Below are positions 1 through 8,679 of a DNA stretch of 32,000 nt, in pieces; position 1 is the first letter of the stretch; every line of letters starts with the position of its first letter. The notes under the pieces are model-generated. The model was not told the origin of the DNA. It saw only the letters and a program-made list of their open reading frames with translations, and did no database searches. Made by a program: the position numbers and the translations under genes. Source of the stretch: Fibrobacter succinogenes subsp. succinogenes S85 (GTDB taxonomy: Bacteria > Fibrobacterota > Fibrobacteria > Fibrobacterales > Fibrobacteraceae); NCBI RefSeq assembly GCF_000146505.1, contig NC_017448.1:3270001-3302000 (forward strand), written 5' to 3'.

Positions 1-57
1 CTTGAACGAGCCGGATTCGGACCCGAATACGAACGCCGTTTATTGTAAGAGGTTTAT

Positions 58-510
58 TTGGTCGCCCAAGAAAAACTGAATTCTCTCATTGCCGATGCAT
101 GCAAGTCCGCATCTGTTACGCTTGTGGAAGCTGATGTGTTCCGTGCTGGCAAACGCAAGACATTGCGAATCTTTATCGACAAGCCCGAAGGTGTTACTAT
201 CGATGACTGCACGAACGTGAGTCATTTCCTTTCGGATGCGCTGGACCTGGATCCCGAGTTGATCGAGGGCGCTTATACGCTTGAAGTTTCTTCTCCGGGA
301 ATAGACCGCCCCCTCAAGTCTATGGCGGATTTTGAACGCAACAAGGGGCGCCTGCTCCGTGTGACACGCTCGACGGGCAAGCCAGTGACTGGTGAACTTT
401 TGAATGCCGACGAAGAAAATCTGACGCTCAAGCTTAAGGGCAATGCCGGCGAAATCGTCATACCGCGGTCCGAAGTGCTTTCGGCCAAGGTCGAAGTAGA
501 AATTAAATAG
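58..510 (+). CDS. rimP: Ribosome maturation factor RimP
   Basis: 150-aa ORF with a TTG start 5 nt after AAGAGG. RimP-like sequence (LEVSSPGIDRPL motif). It sits directly upstream of nusA, as in the conserved rimP-nusA-infB operon. Confidence 0.88.
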   Translation: MVAQEKLNSLIADACKSASVTLVEADVFRAGKRKTLRIFIDKPEGVTIDDCTNVSHFLSDALDLDPELIEGAYTLEVSSPGIDRPLKSMADFERNKGRLLRVTRSTGKPVTGELLNADEENLTLKLKGNAGEIVIPRSEVLSAKVEVEIK

Positions 511-523
511 GAAGGTCAACTAT

Positions 524-1747
524 ATGAAGAACGAACCGAAAGTAAACTTGCTCGACGTACTCAAGGAAGTCGTTGAAGACAAGAGTGTCGATGATTCCGT
601 GATTTTGGACGCCCTCAAGAAGGCTCTTATTTCTGCGGCCCGCAAGTATCTGCACATCGAAAAGAAGATCAACGTCGATATCGACATGGAAACCAACGAA
701 GTCCATGTGTTCCTGAACGTCGAAGTTGTCGATGACTATCCGGACTACGACCCGAACATGACTGCCGAAGAAGTTGCTGAAATGGACGAAGGCTACATGC
801 TCGTCGATGAAGCTCGCGACTTCAACGAAGACGCTCAGGCAGGCGACAGCCTTTATATGGAACTCCCGACCTCCTCCTTTGGTCGTCAGGCTATCCAGAC
901 CGCAAAGCAGCTCTTGACCCAGCACATCCGCAGTGCCGAATGCCAGCGCATCATGGACATCTACCGTAGCCGCATCGGTACGATCATCAACGGTACGGTA
1001 CTCCGTTTGGAACAACGTAATGTTATCGTTGACCTTGGCAACAAGATTGAAGCTGAACTCCCGGCTCGCGAACAGATCCCGCACGAACGCTTGACTCAGG
1101 GCGCTTCTGTGAAGGCTGTGATTGCCCGCGTGGAAGAATCTACGAAGAGCGGTGCTCAGGTTATTTTGTCTAGATCCAACGCCGACTTCCTCAAGGCTTT
1201 GCTCCGTCAGGAAGTTCCGGAAATCTACGAAGGCACTGTCGAAATCAAGGCTGTTGCCCGTGACTCCAAGAATCGTCGTGCAAAGATCGCTGTTTACTCT
1301 CGCGATGAAAAGATTGACCCGGTTGGCGCTTGCGTCGGCATGAAGGGTGCTCGCGTACAGACGATTGTTCGCGAACTCGGCAACGAACGTATTGACATCG
1401 TTCACTGGGACGAAAACTTCGACGTGTTCGTTCAGCGTTCCTTGGCTCCGGCATCTGTCCTCAAGATGTTCCCGGTTCCGGATACGGACCGTATCGTGAT
1501 CATCGTGGATGACGAAAACCTCGCACAGGCTATCGGTAAGGGTGGTCAGAACGTGGAACTCGCCGGTCGCTTGGTGGATCGCAAGCTTGACGTTCATGGA
1601 GAACAGGAATGGTCTCAGATGGACGAAGAAGCCAAGAACAACATCCTCGCTCCGAACTATGAGGATGAAAGAAGAATGAGAACGAAGCGTTTGGACGAAG
1701 ACAGAAAGGCAAAGGCCGCAGCTGTCAAGAAGGACGTGAACGCTTAA
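524..1747 (+). CDS. nusA: Transcription termination/antitermination factor NusA
   Basis: 407-aa ORF with an S1-like region (GTIINGTVLRLEQRNVIVDLG) and two KH motifs (GACVGMKGARVQTIVRELGNERIDIV; AIGKGGQNVELAGRL). Operon position is between rimP and infB. Confidence 0.95.
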   Translation: MKNEPKVNLLDVLKEVVEDKSVDDSVILDALKKALISAARKYLHIEKKINVDIDMETNEVHVFLNVEVVDDYPDYDPNMTAEEVAEMDEGYMLVDEARDFNEDAQAGDSLYMELPTSSFGRQAIQTAKQLLTQHIRSAECQRIMDIYRSRIGTIINGTVLRLEQRNVIVDLGNKIEAELPAREQIPHERLTQGASVKAVIARVEESTKSGAQVILSRSNADFLKALLRQEVPEIYEGTVEIKAVARDSKNRRAKIAVYSRDEKIDPVGACVGMKGARVQTIVRELGNERIDIVHWDENFDVFVQRSLAPASVLKMFPVPDTDRIVIIVDDENLAQAIGKGGQNVELAGRLVDRKLDVHGEQEWSQMDEEAKNNILAPNYEDERRMRTKRLDEDRKAKAAAVKKDVNA

Positions 1748-1795
1748 AAACTTTTGCGCAGGGCAAATAGTTTAACGGAAGAATAAGAAAAGGAA

Positions 1796-4700
1796 TTGAA
1801 TAGGCTATTCATGACGAATGAATCTCAAATGAAACCTAAGGATTGGGCTGATGCTCATGGATTGAAGGTTGATGTGGTGATGAAGCTGCTCCGCGATGCA
1901 GGCGTTGCAGTTCGTACCCATATGTCCAAATTGGATATGGCAGACTTTGCTAAAATCGAGGATGCTGCCGCTGCCGAAAAACAGAAGCAGGATGCCCGCA
2001 ACAAGAATCTCAAGAGGCCGACCGCTTCTGAATCTGATTCTTCCGCTTCCGCTCCTGCAAAGAAGAAGGAAACGTCGGTTGCGACGAACAGACTTGGCTT
2101 GAAAGTGAGCCTCAAGAAAGGCCCGGGTCCCCGCAAGGAGGCTCCGAAGCCTACTGCTAAACCGGAATTGAAAACCACGGTTGCAAAGCCCGCTGCTCCG
2201 GCTGCCGTAAAACCGGCCGCCCCGGCACCTGCACAAGTTGCACCGAAGCCAGCCGCACCTGCTCCGGCTCAAGTGGCTCCTGCCGCTCCGGCACCGAAGC
2301 CTGCCGCACCTGCTCCCGCACCAGCTGCAGCACCTGCTGCTCCAGCCGCACCGGCTGTAAAGCCCGCCGCTCCCGCACCGGCCCCGGCACCTCAGGCAAA
2401 GCCAGCCGCCCCGGCGCCTGCTCAAGCTGCTCCGAAGCCCGCTGCTCCGGCTGCAAAGCCTGCCGCTCCGGCCGTCGCAAAGCCCGCTGCTCCGCAGCCG
2501 ACAATGATGTCTGCTACGACGGAACTCAAGCAGCCTCCGATGAAGGCCCAGGTCTTCAAGCCCGATGCCGCAATCCTTGCCCGTATCGAAAAGTCTCGCC
2601 AGCAGGCTCAGGCTGCTCGCAACAACCACCGTCCGAATGGTGGAAACCGCAATGGCGGCAATGGCCAGGGTTACACGGGTACGTTTGGCCGTCTCTCGAA
2701 CAACGGCAATGGCGGTAACGACAACCGCAACAATAACAACAATAATCGTCGCCCGAACGGCGGTAACGCTAGCAGCAGTAGCCGCGGCTATACCGGTCGT
2801 AACGGTGGATTCTCCAGCGGTTCCATGCAGGAAGCTTTCAATGCTTCCAACAACAATAACCAGTCTCTCGGTCAGAACAACCAGAACGGTAAGGGCAATG
2901 GCAAGGGTCAGAACGGCCGCCATGGCAACGACAAGAACCGCCGTAGCAATACTAAGGACCGTCAGGAAATGCAGAGGGAACAGCAGCAGGAAGCCGTTCG
3001 TCAGAACGTCTCCCGCGTGATGGCATCTCTCTCCAAGAACCCGGTCAAGAAAGTTTATCACAAGGAACATTCCGAAAACAACTCGGGTGAAGAAAAGAAG
3101 ATTCTCAAGACTTCTGACTTCATTACCGTGGGCGAACTCGCAGGTCTCATGGACCAGATGCCGGCACGCGTCATTGCAAAGTGCATGGAAATGGGCATGA
3201 TGGTGACCATCAACGCTCGCCTTGATTTCGAAACGATCCAGATTTTGGCTGATGAATTCGGTTACGAAGCTCAGCTGATGGAAGAATACGAAGAAGAAGC
3301 TCTCGGCATCGAGGAAGAATCTCAGGAAAATCTCCAGCCGCGTCATCCGGTGGTTACCGTCATGGGCCACGTTGACCACGGTAAGACTTCTCTCCTCGAC
3401 TGGATTCGTAAGACCCACGTGGTGTCCGGCGAATCGGGTGGCATTACGCAGCACATCGGCGCATACGAAGTCACCACCAAGCAGGGCAAGGTTACCTTCC
3501 TCGATACTCCGGGTCACGAAGCCTTCAGTGCTATGCGTGCTCGCGGTTCCCAGGTGACCGACGTTATCGTTCTCGTCGTGGCTGCTGACTCCATGGTGAT
3601 GCCGCAGACGGTTGAATGTATTGAACTTGCAAAGCGCGAAAACGTCCCGATGGTCGTTGCCATTACAAAGATGGACCTCCCGACCGCAAACCCGGACAAG
3701 ATTCGTGCCCAGCTCGCAGAACGCGGTGTGGAAGTCGAACAGTGGGGCGGTCAGACCAGCTGTATCGAAGTTTCTGCTCGTACAGGTCAGGGCATGGATG
3801 TCCTCCTCGAAACGCTCGCTCTCGAAGCTGAAATTCTTGAACTCAAGGCCAATCCGGATACGCACGCCCGTGGCGCTGTCGTTGAATCCAAGCTCGACGT
3901 GGGTAAGGGTTCCATGGCTACGATCCTCGTGCAGAACGGTACGCTCCATGTGGGTGACCCGTTTGTTTGCGGTATCTACGCTGGCCGTGTCCGTGCCATG
4001 TTTAACGAACGCGGTGAACAGATGAAGGAAGCTCCTCCGTCTGCTCCGTGTCAGGTGCTCGGTTTTGACGGTACTCCGCAGGCCGGTGACGAACTTGTCG
4101 TGGTGGAAGATGAAAAGACCGCACGTGAAATTGCTTCCAAGCGCCGTATGGCTGCTCGTGAACGCGATCTCCGCGCCCGTAAGACGGTCTCTCTCGAAAA
4201 CTCCTTCAACGCAAAGAAGGAAGGTACGCTCTCCGAACTCAACCTCATCGTCAAGGCCGACGTGGGTGGTTCTGCAGAAGCTTTGGCCGCTTCCCTCGAA
4301 AAGCTTACCAACAAGGAAGTCCGCGTCAACATCATCCGCAAGGGTGTGGGTACGATTACGGAATCCGATATCTTGTTTGCAACGACCGCACAGGCAATCA
4401 TTATTTCCTTCCACCTTATGCCGTCTCTCGCTGTCCGCGAAATGGCTCAGAAGGAAGGCATCGAAATCCGCAACTACCGCGTGATTTACGACTGCATTGA
4501 AGATATTAAGAACGCTGTGGAAGGCCTCCTCAAGCCGATTATGCGCGAAGAACTCGTTGGCGAAGCCGAAATCCGCCAGGTGTTCAAGGTCCCGAAGGTC
4601 GGTCTCATCGCTGGCTGTATGGTTACCGACGGCGAAGTCGACCGCACGAGCCATGTCCGCGTTTACCGCAACGGTATCGAACTCGGTACGACCGTGGTCC

Positions 4701-4921
4701 AGTCTTTGAAGCGCATGAAGGACGACGTCAAGTCTGTTGCTCGTGGCTTTGAATGCGGTATCGGCCTCAAGGGTTACGACGATATCAAGGAAGGCGATAG
4801 CCTCATCTTCTTCAAGGAAGTCAAGGTCGCCCGTACGTTGGAAGACGTTGCCCGCGAAGAAGCTGAAGAAAAGGCAAAGAAGGCTGCTGAAGAAGCTGCC
4901 GCAGCGAAGGAAAGTAATTAG
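1796..4921 (+). CDS. infB: Translation initiation factor IF-2, with a long low-complexity N-terminal extension
   Basis: C-terminal two thirds are canonical IF-2: G1 VMGHVDHGKTSLLD, G3 DTPGHEAF, and G4-like ITKMD. The start is ambiguous: TTG 1796 from the ORF track, ATG 1811, or ATG 1829 (MKPKDW...). None has a well-spaced SD. Confidence 0.93.
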   Translation: MNRLFMTNESQMKPKDWADAHGLKVDVVMKLLRDAGVAVRTHMSKLDMADFAKIEDAAAAEKQKQDARNKNLKRPTASESDSSASAPAKKKETSVATNRLGLKVSLKKGPGPRKEAPKPTAKPELKTTVAKPAAPAAVKPAAPAPAQVAPKPAAPAPAQVAPAAPAPKPAAPAPAPAAAPAAPAAPAVKPAAPAPAPAPQAKPAAPAPAQAAPKPAAPAAKPAAPAVAKPAAPQPTMMSATTELKQPPMKAQVFKPDAAILARIEKSRQQAQAARNNHRPNGGNRNGGNGQGYTGTFGRLSNNGNGGNDNRNNNNNNRRPNGGNASSSSRGYTGRNGGFSSGSMQEAFNASNNNNQSLGQNNQNGKGNGKGQNGRHGNDKNRRSNTKDRQEMQREQQQEAVRQNVSRVMASLSKNPVKKVYHKEHSENNSGEEKKILKTSDFITVGELAGLMDQMPARVIAKCMEMGMMVTINARLDFETIQILADEFGYEAQLMEEYEEEALGIEEESQENLQPRHPVVTVMGHVDHGKTSLLDWIRKTHVVSGESGGITQHIGAYEVTTKQGKVTFLDTPGHEAFSAMRARGSQVTDVIVLVVAADSMVMPQTVECIELAKRENVPMVVAITKMDLPTANPDKIRAQLAERGVEVEQWGGQTSCIEVSARTGQGMDVLLETLALEAEILELKANPDTHARGAVVESKLDVGKGSMATILVQNGTLHVGDPFVCGIYAGRVRAMFNERGEQMKEAPPSAPCQVLGFDGTPQAGDELVVVEDEKTAREIASKRRMAARERDLRARKTVSLENSFNAKKEGTLSELNLIVKADVGGSAEALAASLEKLTNKEVRVNIIRKGVGTITESDILFATTAQAIIISFHLMPSLAVREMAQKEGIEIRNYRVIYDCIEDIKNAVEGLLKPIMREELVGEAEIRQVFKVPKVGLIAGCMVTDGEVDRTSHVRVYRNGIELGTTVVQSLKRMKDDVKSVARGFECGIGLKGYDDIKEGDSLIFFKEVKVARTLEDVAREEAEEKAKKAAEEAAAAKESN
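2157..2504 (+). repeat. In-frame imperfect tandem repeats encoding a Pro/Ala-rich tract inside infB
   Basis: About 115 codons are almost only K/P/A/V/Q. The unit KPAAPAPAQVAP occurs twice back to back, followed by many KPAAPA variants. The nucleotide sequence is correspondingly repetitive (gcc/gca/ccg/cct runs). Confidence 0.75.
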
Positions 4922-4974
4922 AACTTAGAACTTAGAACTTAGAATATCTTTCTAAGTTCTACCAACTAAGTTCT
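4920..4974 (+). repeat. Tandem heptamer (AGAACTT x3.5) plus complementary arms forming an extended hairpin between infB and rbfA
   Basis: AGAACTT is repeated from 4920 to 4944. A 5-nt loop TATCT follows, then TTCTAAGTTCT (4950-4960), the exact reverse complement of 4934-4944 (11 bp). AAGTTCT (4968-4974) can pair with the preceding heptamer (4927-4933). No U-tract follows. Confidence 0.7.
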
Positions 4975-4996
4975 GCCAACTACGCCGAAGGCGAAA

Positions 4997-5350
4997 ATGA
5001 CTAGAAGAACCGATAGATTAGGCGAGCAGTTCCGCGAAGAGATCTCCAAGCTCATCCAGAAGGGCTTGAAGGATCCGCGCGTGAGCACTCTCGCGAGCAT
5101 TACCCGTGTGGACATTACCGAAGACCTGAGCTATGCAAAGGCCCTCGTCTCGGTGATGGGTTCCGATAAAGAAAAGCGCGATACGCTTGTCGGACTCAAC
5201 AATTCCGCCGGCTTTATCCGTGGCGTCTTGGGCAAGGCCTTGAAGATTTTCAAGGTTCCGGAGCTCAAGTTCGTTCTTGACGAAAATCTTGAACATGCCA
5301 TGCACATTGAAGAAATCCTTGCAGAACTGAAGCAGAAAGGGGAACTTTAA
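4997..5350 (+). CDS. rbfA: Ribosome-binding factor A
   Basis: 117-aa ORF with GAAGG upstream of its ATG. RbfA-like N-terminus (RRTDRLGEQFREEISKLI..LKDPRV). Conserved position after infB. Confidence 0.9.
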   Translation: MTRRTDRLGEQFREEISKLIQKGLKDPRVSTLASITRVDITEDLSYAKALVSVMGSDKEKRDTLVGLNNSAGFIRGVLGKALKIFKVPELKFVLDENLEHAMHIEEILAELKQKGEL

Positions 5351-6307
5351 TTGTCCTCTTCCGGCTTCGTCCTCTTGGACAAAATTGCAGGTGAAACATC
5401 TTTTAAGGCCCTTTTCCCTCTGAAAAGGGTCTTTTGTACTAAACGCGTGGGCCACGCGGGTACGCTTGATTTGCGTGCAAGCGGGCTCATCATTGCCGCT
5501 ACTGGTCGTGCAACGCGCCTTTTGCCCTACATTGAGGCGAAGGACAAGTGCTATACGTTCCGCCTCCATCTTGGCTACGAAACCGATACCCTAGAATGGG
5601 ACGGGAAAGTAGTGGAACAGGATAAGATGGGTTGTCATCCTGGAGCCGAAGGCGATAGGATCCAGTGCGGAGTGCCATCGGTGACGCGTGCGGACCTCGA
5701 AGCGGTTTTGCCGCAGTTCATTGGCGATATTGACCAGGTTCCGCCGAATTACAGTGCTGTGAAAATCGACGGCCATCGCGCAAGCGACTTGGCGAATCGC
5801 GGTCGTGAAATTGAACTTAAGCCTCGTCGCATCCATATCGAATCGCTCAAAGTTGTGGGCGAGGGGCTTGTGACGGAAGGCTGCACAGGCAAGAGCTTTG
5901 CCACGTTTGATTTGGAATGCAACTGTAGCAAGGGAACGTACATCCGTTCGCTCGGTCGTGATTTGGCTCGTGCGCTTGGAACGTGCGGCTGCGTTTCGAT
6001 GATCCGCCGCCATCGCATTGGTGATGTGACGGTAGACCGCGCTGTTCGCGGGGACGCTCTCACGCCGGAACATTTGCTCCCTGTGGACCAGGTGCTTGAT
6101 TTCCCGGTTGTCCGCTTGAATGACGACCAGGTGAAAGCAATTCGTTTAGGAAATTGGGTGCCGTGGCGCACTCCTGTTGAAAATTTAAGCACGACGCCAG
6201 GGGCGGAAAAGTTTGTCTTTACCGCCGATAAAGATGGTGCTGTGATTGGGCTTGGTGTTTATGACCCGGGCCGCATTTGCCCCAAGTTCTTTTTAGGTGA
6301 TGATTAA
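5351..6307 (+). CDS. truB: tRNA pseudouridine(55) synthase TruB
   Basis: TTG start immediately after the rbfA stop, with AAAGGGGA 7 nt upstream. Carries the TruB catalytic motif GHAGTLDxxASG and sits between rbfA and ribF. Confidence 0.88.
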   Translation: MSSSGFVLLDKIAGETSFKALFPLKRVFCTKRVGHAGTLDLRASGLIIAATGRATRLLPYIEAKDKCYTFRLHLGYETDTLEWDGKVVEQDKMGCHPGAEGDRIQCGVPSVTRADLEAVLPQFIGDIDQVPPNYSAVKIDGHRASDLANRGREIELKPRRIHIESLKVVGEGLVTEGCTGKSFATFDLECNCSKGTYIRSLGRDLARALGTCGCVSMIRRHRIGDVTVDRAVRGDALTPEHLLPVDQVLDFPVVRLNDDQVKAIRLGNWVPWRTPVENLSTTPGAEKFVFTADKDGAVIGLGVYDPGRICPKFFLGDD

Positions 6308-7201
6308 ATGAAACGCGCTGTGACAATGGGTAATTTTGATGGATGCCATTTGGGGCATCAGGCGCTTTTCCGCACGCTGAAAGCGGTTGCCGAAGTGAAC
6401 CATTTGCAGCCGACGGTCATCAGCTTTGAACCCCATTCTAATTACGTCTTGCGTGGGCCGGGCGATCCGCTGCTCCTCACGACGACCGAAGAAAAGCGCG
6501 AATTCGTCGAGAGCCTTGGCATTGAATTTTTGGTATTGCCGTTCACGAGTGAATTGGCAAAACTCCCGTTCGATAAATTTGTCCGCACGGAATTGATTGA
6601 AAAGCGTGAAGTCGTTTCGATGTTCTTTGGTCATGACCATTGCTTTGGCGCGGGCGGCAAGGGCAATTACGAGACGATTACCGCTGCGTTCCCGGAACTT
6701 TCGACGCAGATGCTTTCGATGGTGTTGCACAAGGGCGAACGTGTGAGCTCTTCTGCAGTGCGCAATGCTCTTTTGAACGGCGATGTGGACCGTGCGCAGA
6801 CGTATTTAGGCCGCCCGTATCGCTTGTCCGGAACAGTCGTGGTCGGCAAACGCCTTGGTCACACCATCGGATTCCCGACGGCAAATGTGCAAATGGAACA
6901 GTACAAGTTCTTGCCGAAAGGCGGTGTGTATGTCGCTAGCGCAAGACTCTCGGATGGACGCATTTATCGCTCTGTTGTGAACATCGGAACGCAACCGACA
7001 ACGCCCGGAACGCATAACCTTGCGGTCGAAGCGTATCTGCTTGACTTTAACGAAGACATTTACGGCCAGCATTTAGCACTGGACTTGCTCGCCTTCTTGC
7101 GCCCCGAAAAGAAGTTCGCAAGCATCGAAGATTTGGTGCGTCAGATTGGCATGGACGCTGACACCGCCAAGAATTACAACGGAAATCACTGGGCGGAGTA
7201 G
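6308..7201 (+). CDS. ribF: Bifunctional riboflavin kinase / FMN adenylyltransferase
   Basis: ATG abuts the truB stop. The N-terminal nucleotidyltransferase motif is GNFDGCHLGHQALF. The C-terminal riboflavin kinase region is GRPYRLSGTVVVGKRLGHTIGFPTANV. Confidence 0.9.
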   Translation: MKRAVTMGNFDGCHLGHQALFRTLKAVAEVNHLQPTVISFEPHSNYVLRGPGDPLLLTTTEEKREFVESLGIEFLVLPFTSELAKLPFDKFVRTELIEKREVVSMFFGHDHCFGAGGKGNYETITAAFPELSTQMLSMVLHKGERVSSSAVRNALLNGDVDRAQTYLGRPYRLSGTVVVGKRLGHTIGFPTANVQMEQYKFLPKGGVYVASARLSDGRIYRSVVNIGTQPTTPGTHNLAVEAYLLDFNEDIYGQHLALDLLAFLRPEKKFASIEDLVRQIGMDADTAKNYNGNHWAE

Positions 7202-7330
7202 GGAAGTTTTTTCTCTCACATGTCCCAAAACGGAACATGTGCTATCGTAAAACACATGAGCGAAAATAAAAACTTGACAATGTATCGCTCTTTTTTACAT
7301 TTAGTAGTGCTTTTGCTAAGGTGTAGTGTT

Positions 7331-8047
7331 ATGACCAAACAAATTTTGTTATTTGCTCCTGTTCTGTTGCTGTGGGCGTGTGGGGATTCTTCGTCAGATT
7401 CTGTGGGCACGTCTCCAATTCAGGCTGCGGAAATAATCCCATTCACTGATTCTCGCGATGGGCAGGTCTATAAAACGGTTGTCATCGGTTCGCAGACATG
7501 GATGGCCGAAAATCTGAACTACGAAACAAAAGGCAGCTGCTGCGTTAGATGCGCCGAGATGAAGACCGTAAATGTGAACTACGCACCAGGTGGCTACTTC
7601 ACTCAGAGCTACTGCGCAAAATGCGCCGAGTACGGTGGTCGCCTGTACACGTGGGATGTGGCGACAACGGCTTGCCCTAGTGGTTGGCACCTGCCAAGCC
7701 AAGACGAGTGGAGTACCCTATTCAATGCAGTCAAACTCGGCGACCCACTGGCACACATCGATACAAGACTCAAGTCCACAACCGATTGGAATAATTACGG
7801 CAATACGGATGATTTCTCGTTTTCGGCGTTGCCTGTTGGCTACAGCGGTATCAGTGTTGGTCCCTATGGCTCGGGCGACTGTTATAATCACGAGGGCACG
7901 GGCGACTATGCGTACTTCTGGAGTTCTACAGAGGTCGATAACTTGACTGCGTACTACATGTACTTGTCCAAATACGGTAACGCGGCAATAAGCACATTCG
8001 ACTTCGGCAAGAGCAGTGGCTTTTCTGTTCGTTGTGTCAAGGACTAA
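7331..8047 (+). CDS. Lipoprotein with Fibrobacter succinogenes major paralogous domain (TIGR02145-like)
   Basis: The internal ATG at 7331 has AAGGTG upstream and gives a lipoprotein signal MTKQILLFAPVLLLWAC. Domain motifs are VVIGSQTWMAENLNY, GGRLYTW, CPSGWHLPS and FSVRCVKD. The ORF-track start at 7220 adds 37 residues that do not resemble a signal peptide. Confidence 0.85.
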   Translation: MTKQILLFAPVLLLWACGDSSSDSVGTSPIQAAEIIPFTDSRDGQVYKTVVIGSQTWMAENLNYETKGSCCVRCAEMKTVNVNYAPGGYFTQSYCAKCAEYGGRLYTWDVATTACPSGWHLPSQDEWSTLFNAVKLGDPLAHIDTRLKSTTDWNNYGNTDDFSFSALPVGYSGISVGPYGSGDCYNHEGTGDYAYFWSSTEVDNLTAYYMYLSKYGNAAISTFDFGKSSGFSVRCVKD

Positions 8048-8056
8048 ATGTGTAGC

Positions 8057-8082
8057 GTGCTAGGATTTTTCTAGCACTTTTG
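8057..8082. terminator. Possible bidirectional hairpin between convergent genes
   Basis: GTGCTAG (8057-8063), a 7-nt loop, then CTAGCAC (8071-8077) followed by TTTTG. It overlaps the stop codon of the minus-strand gene. Confidence 0.4.
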
Positions 8083-8619
8083 TGCCTTGTCGTTTTTCGC
8101 TTTTCCGGTAAAGTTAGTGCTCGTTATCTTGAAAACGGTCACGGTGGCGGCTTGTTCGGGCGTGAATTCGAATTGGTGTGGTGAGGCGGATTGCATGGAA
8201 TGCGTGAAACTTGCGGATTGCGGCGCTTTGGTGGCTTGTCGTTCCATTAGGAGCGAGAGTCCTCGGCATTTTTCAGCGATGTCTTCGACGATTTCAGCCT
8301 TGCCTTGCCCGACGACACTTGCGTAAAAGCGACCGCTTTTGCAATAAACGTCTTCGTGAATTTCGATGCGGTTTTCAACGCACATGCTGAACGCGACATT
8401 CGGATTTTTGCGAATGCAGTCGAGTTTCTTGCCTACATGTGCGCAATGAAAATACAGCTCCAAGACGCCGTTGTTTAGGCTGTATCCGAACGACAGCGGA
8501 ATGATGTAGGGCATGCTTGGGTCTGCATCATCCGTCATTGCTACATGACAAGTTGTACATTGTTCGATGATCTTTGCGATGTTTTCGTCGCCTAAAACTT
8601 CTCTGTCCTTGCGCCGCAT
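8071..8619 (-). CDS. Pyridoxamine 5'-phosphate oxidase family (Nim-like) FMN-binding protein
   Basis: 182-aa ORF with GAGGTAAA directly before its ATG. N-terminus is MRRKDREV...; the motifs PYIIPLSFGY, LYFHCAHVGKKLDCIRKNPNVAF are typical of the Pyridox_ox_2/NimA-like family. Confidence 0.75.
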   Translation of the reverse strand: MRRKDREVLGDENIAKIIEQCTTCHVAMTDDADPSMPYIIPLSFGYSLNNGVLELYFHCAHVGKKLDCIRKNPNVAFSMCVENRIEIHEDVYCKSGRFYASVVGQGKAEIVEDIAEKCRGLSLLMERQATKAPQSASFTHSMQSASPHQFEFTPEQAATVTVFKITSTNFTGKAKNDKAQKC

Positions 8620-8679
8620 TTTACCTCAACTTTTTTCGATATTCGATTTTAAATATAATATAGGCTTCGATTGAAATTT

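Noticed and set aside
503-1597. 364-aa minus-strand ORF across nusA. Similar antisense ORFs occur at 20322-21383 (353 aa), 5018-5569, 6293-6730, 8621-9058, 14386-15063 and 27442-27936.
   Set aside because: All lie entirely within, and antisense to, genes with strong family signatures. None has family motifs of its own, so they are treated as shadow ORFs.
1805-4654. 949-aa ORF on the minus strand, antisense to infB.
   Set aside because: It is a shadow ORF of a GC-biased, stop-poor coding region. Its translation is low-complexity (R/S/C/G-rich) with no recognisable motifs, whereas the + strand encodes an unmistakable IF-2.
4920-4974. Possibility that the heptamer repeats are a CRISPR array or a mobile-element terminus.
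   Set aside because: The units are only 7 nt long, contiguous without spacers, and confined to a 55-nt spacer inside a conserved operon. No cas, transposase or integrase genes occur in the window.
7217-7258. Inverted repeat CACATGT-N11-ACATGTG after ribF, plus a third ACACATG copy.
   Set aside because: The stem is only 7 bp with an 11-nt loop and no U-tract. I cannot distinguish a weak terminator or operator from chance, so it is not called as a feature.
7220-7330. N-terminal extensions given by the ORF track: 7220 for the 7331 gene, 15213 for 15237, 19867 for 19930, 19820 for 19745 and 27232 for 27091.
   Set aside because: In each case an internal ATG with a nearby purine-rich SD begins a textbook signal peptide or lipobox. 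The extended residues are non-signal-like and run through AT-rich promoter-like sequence.
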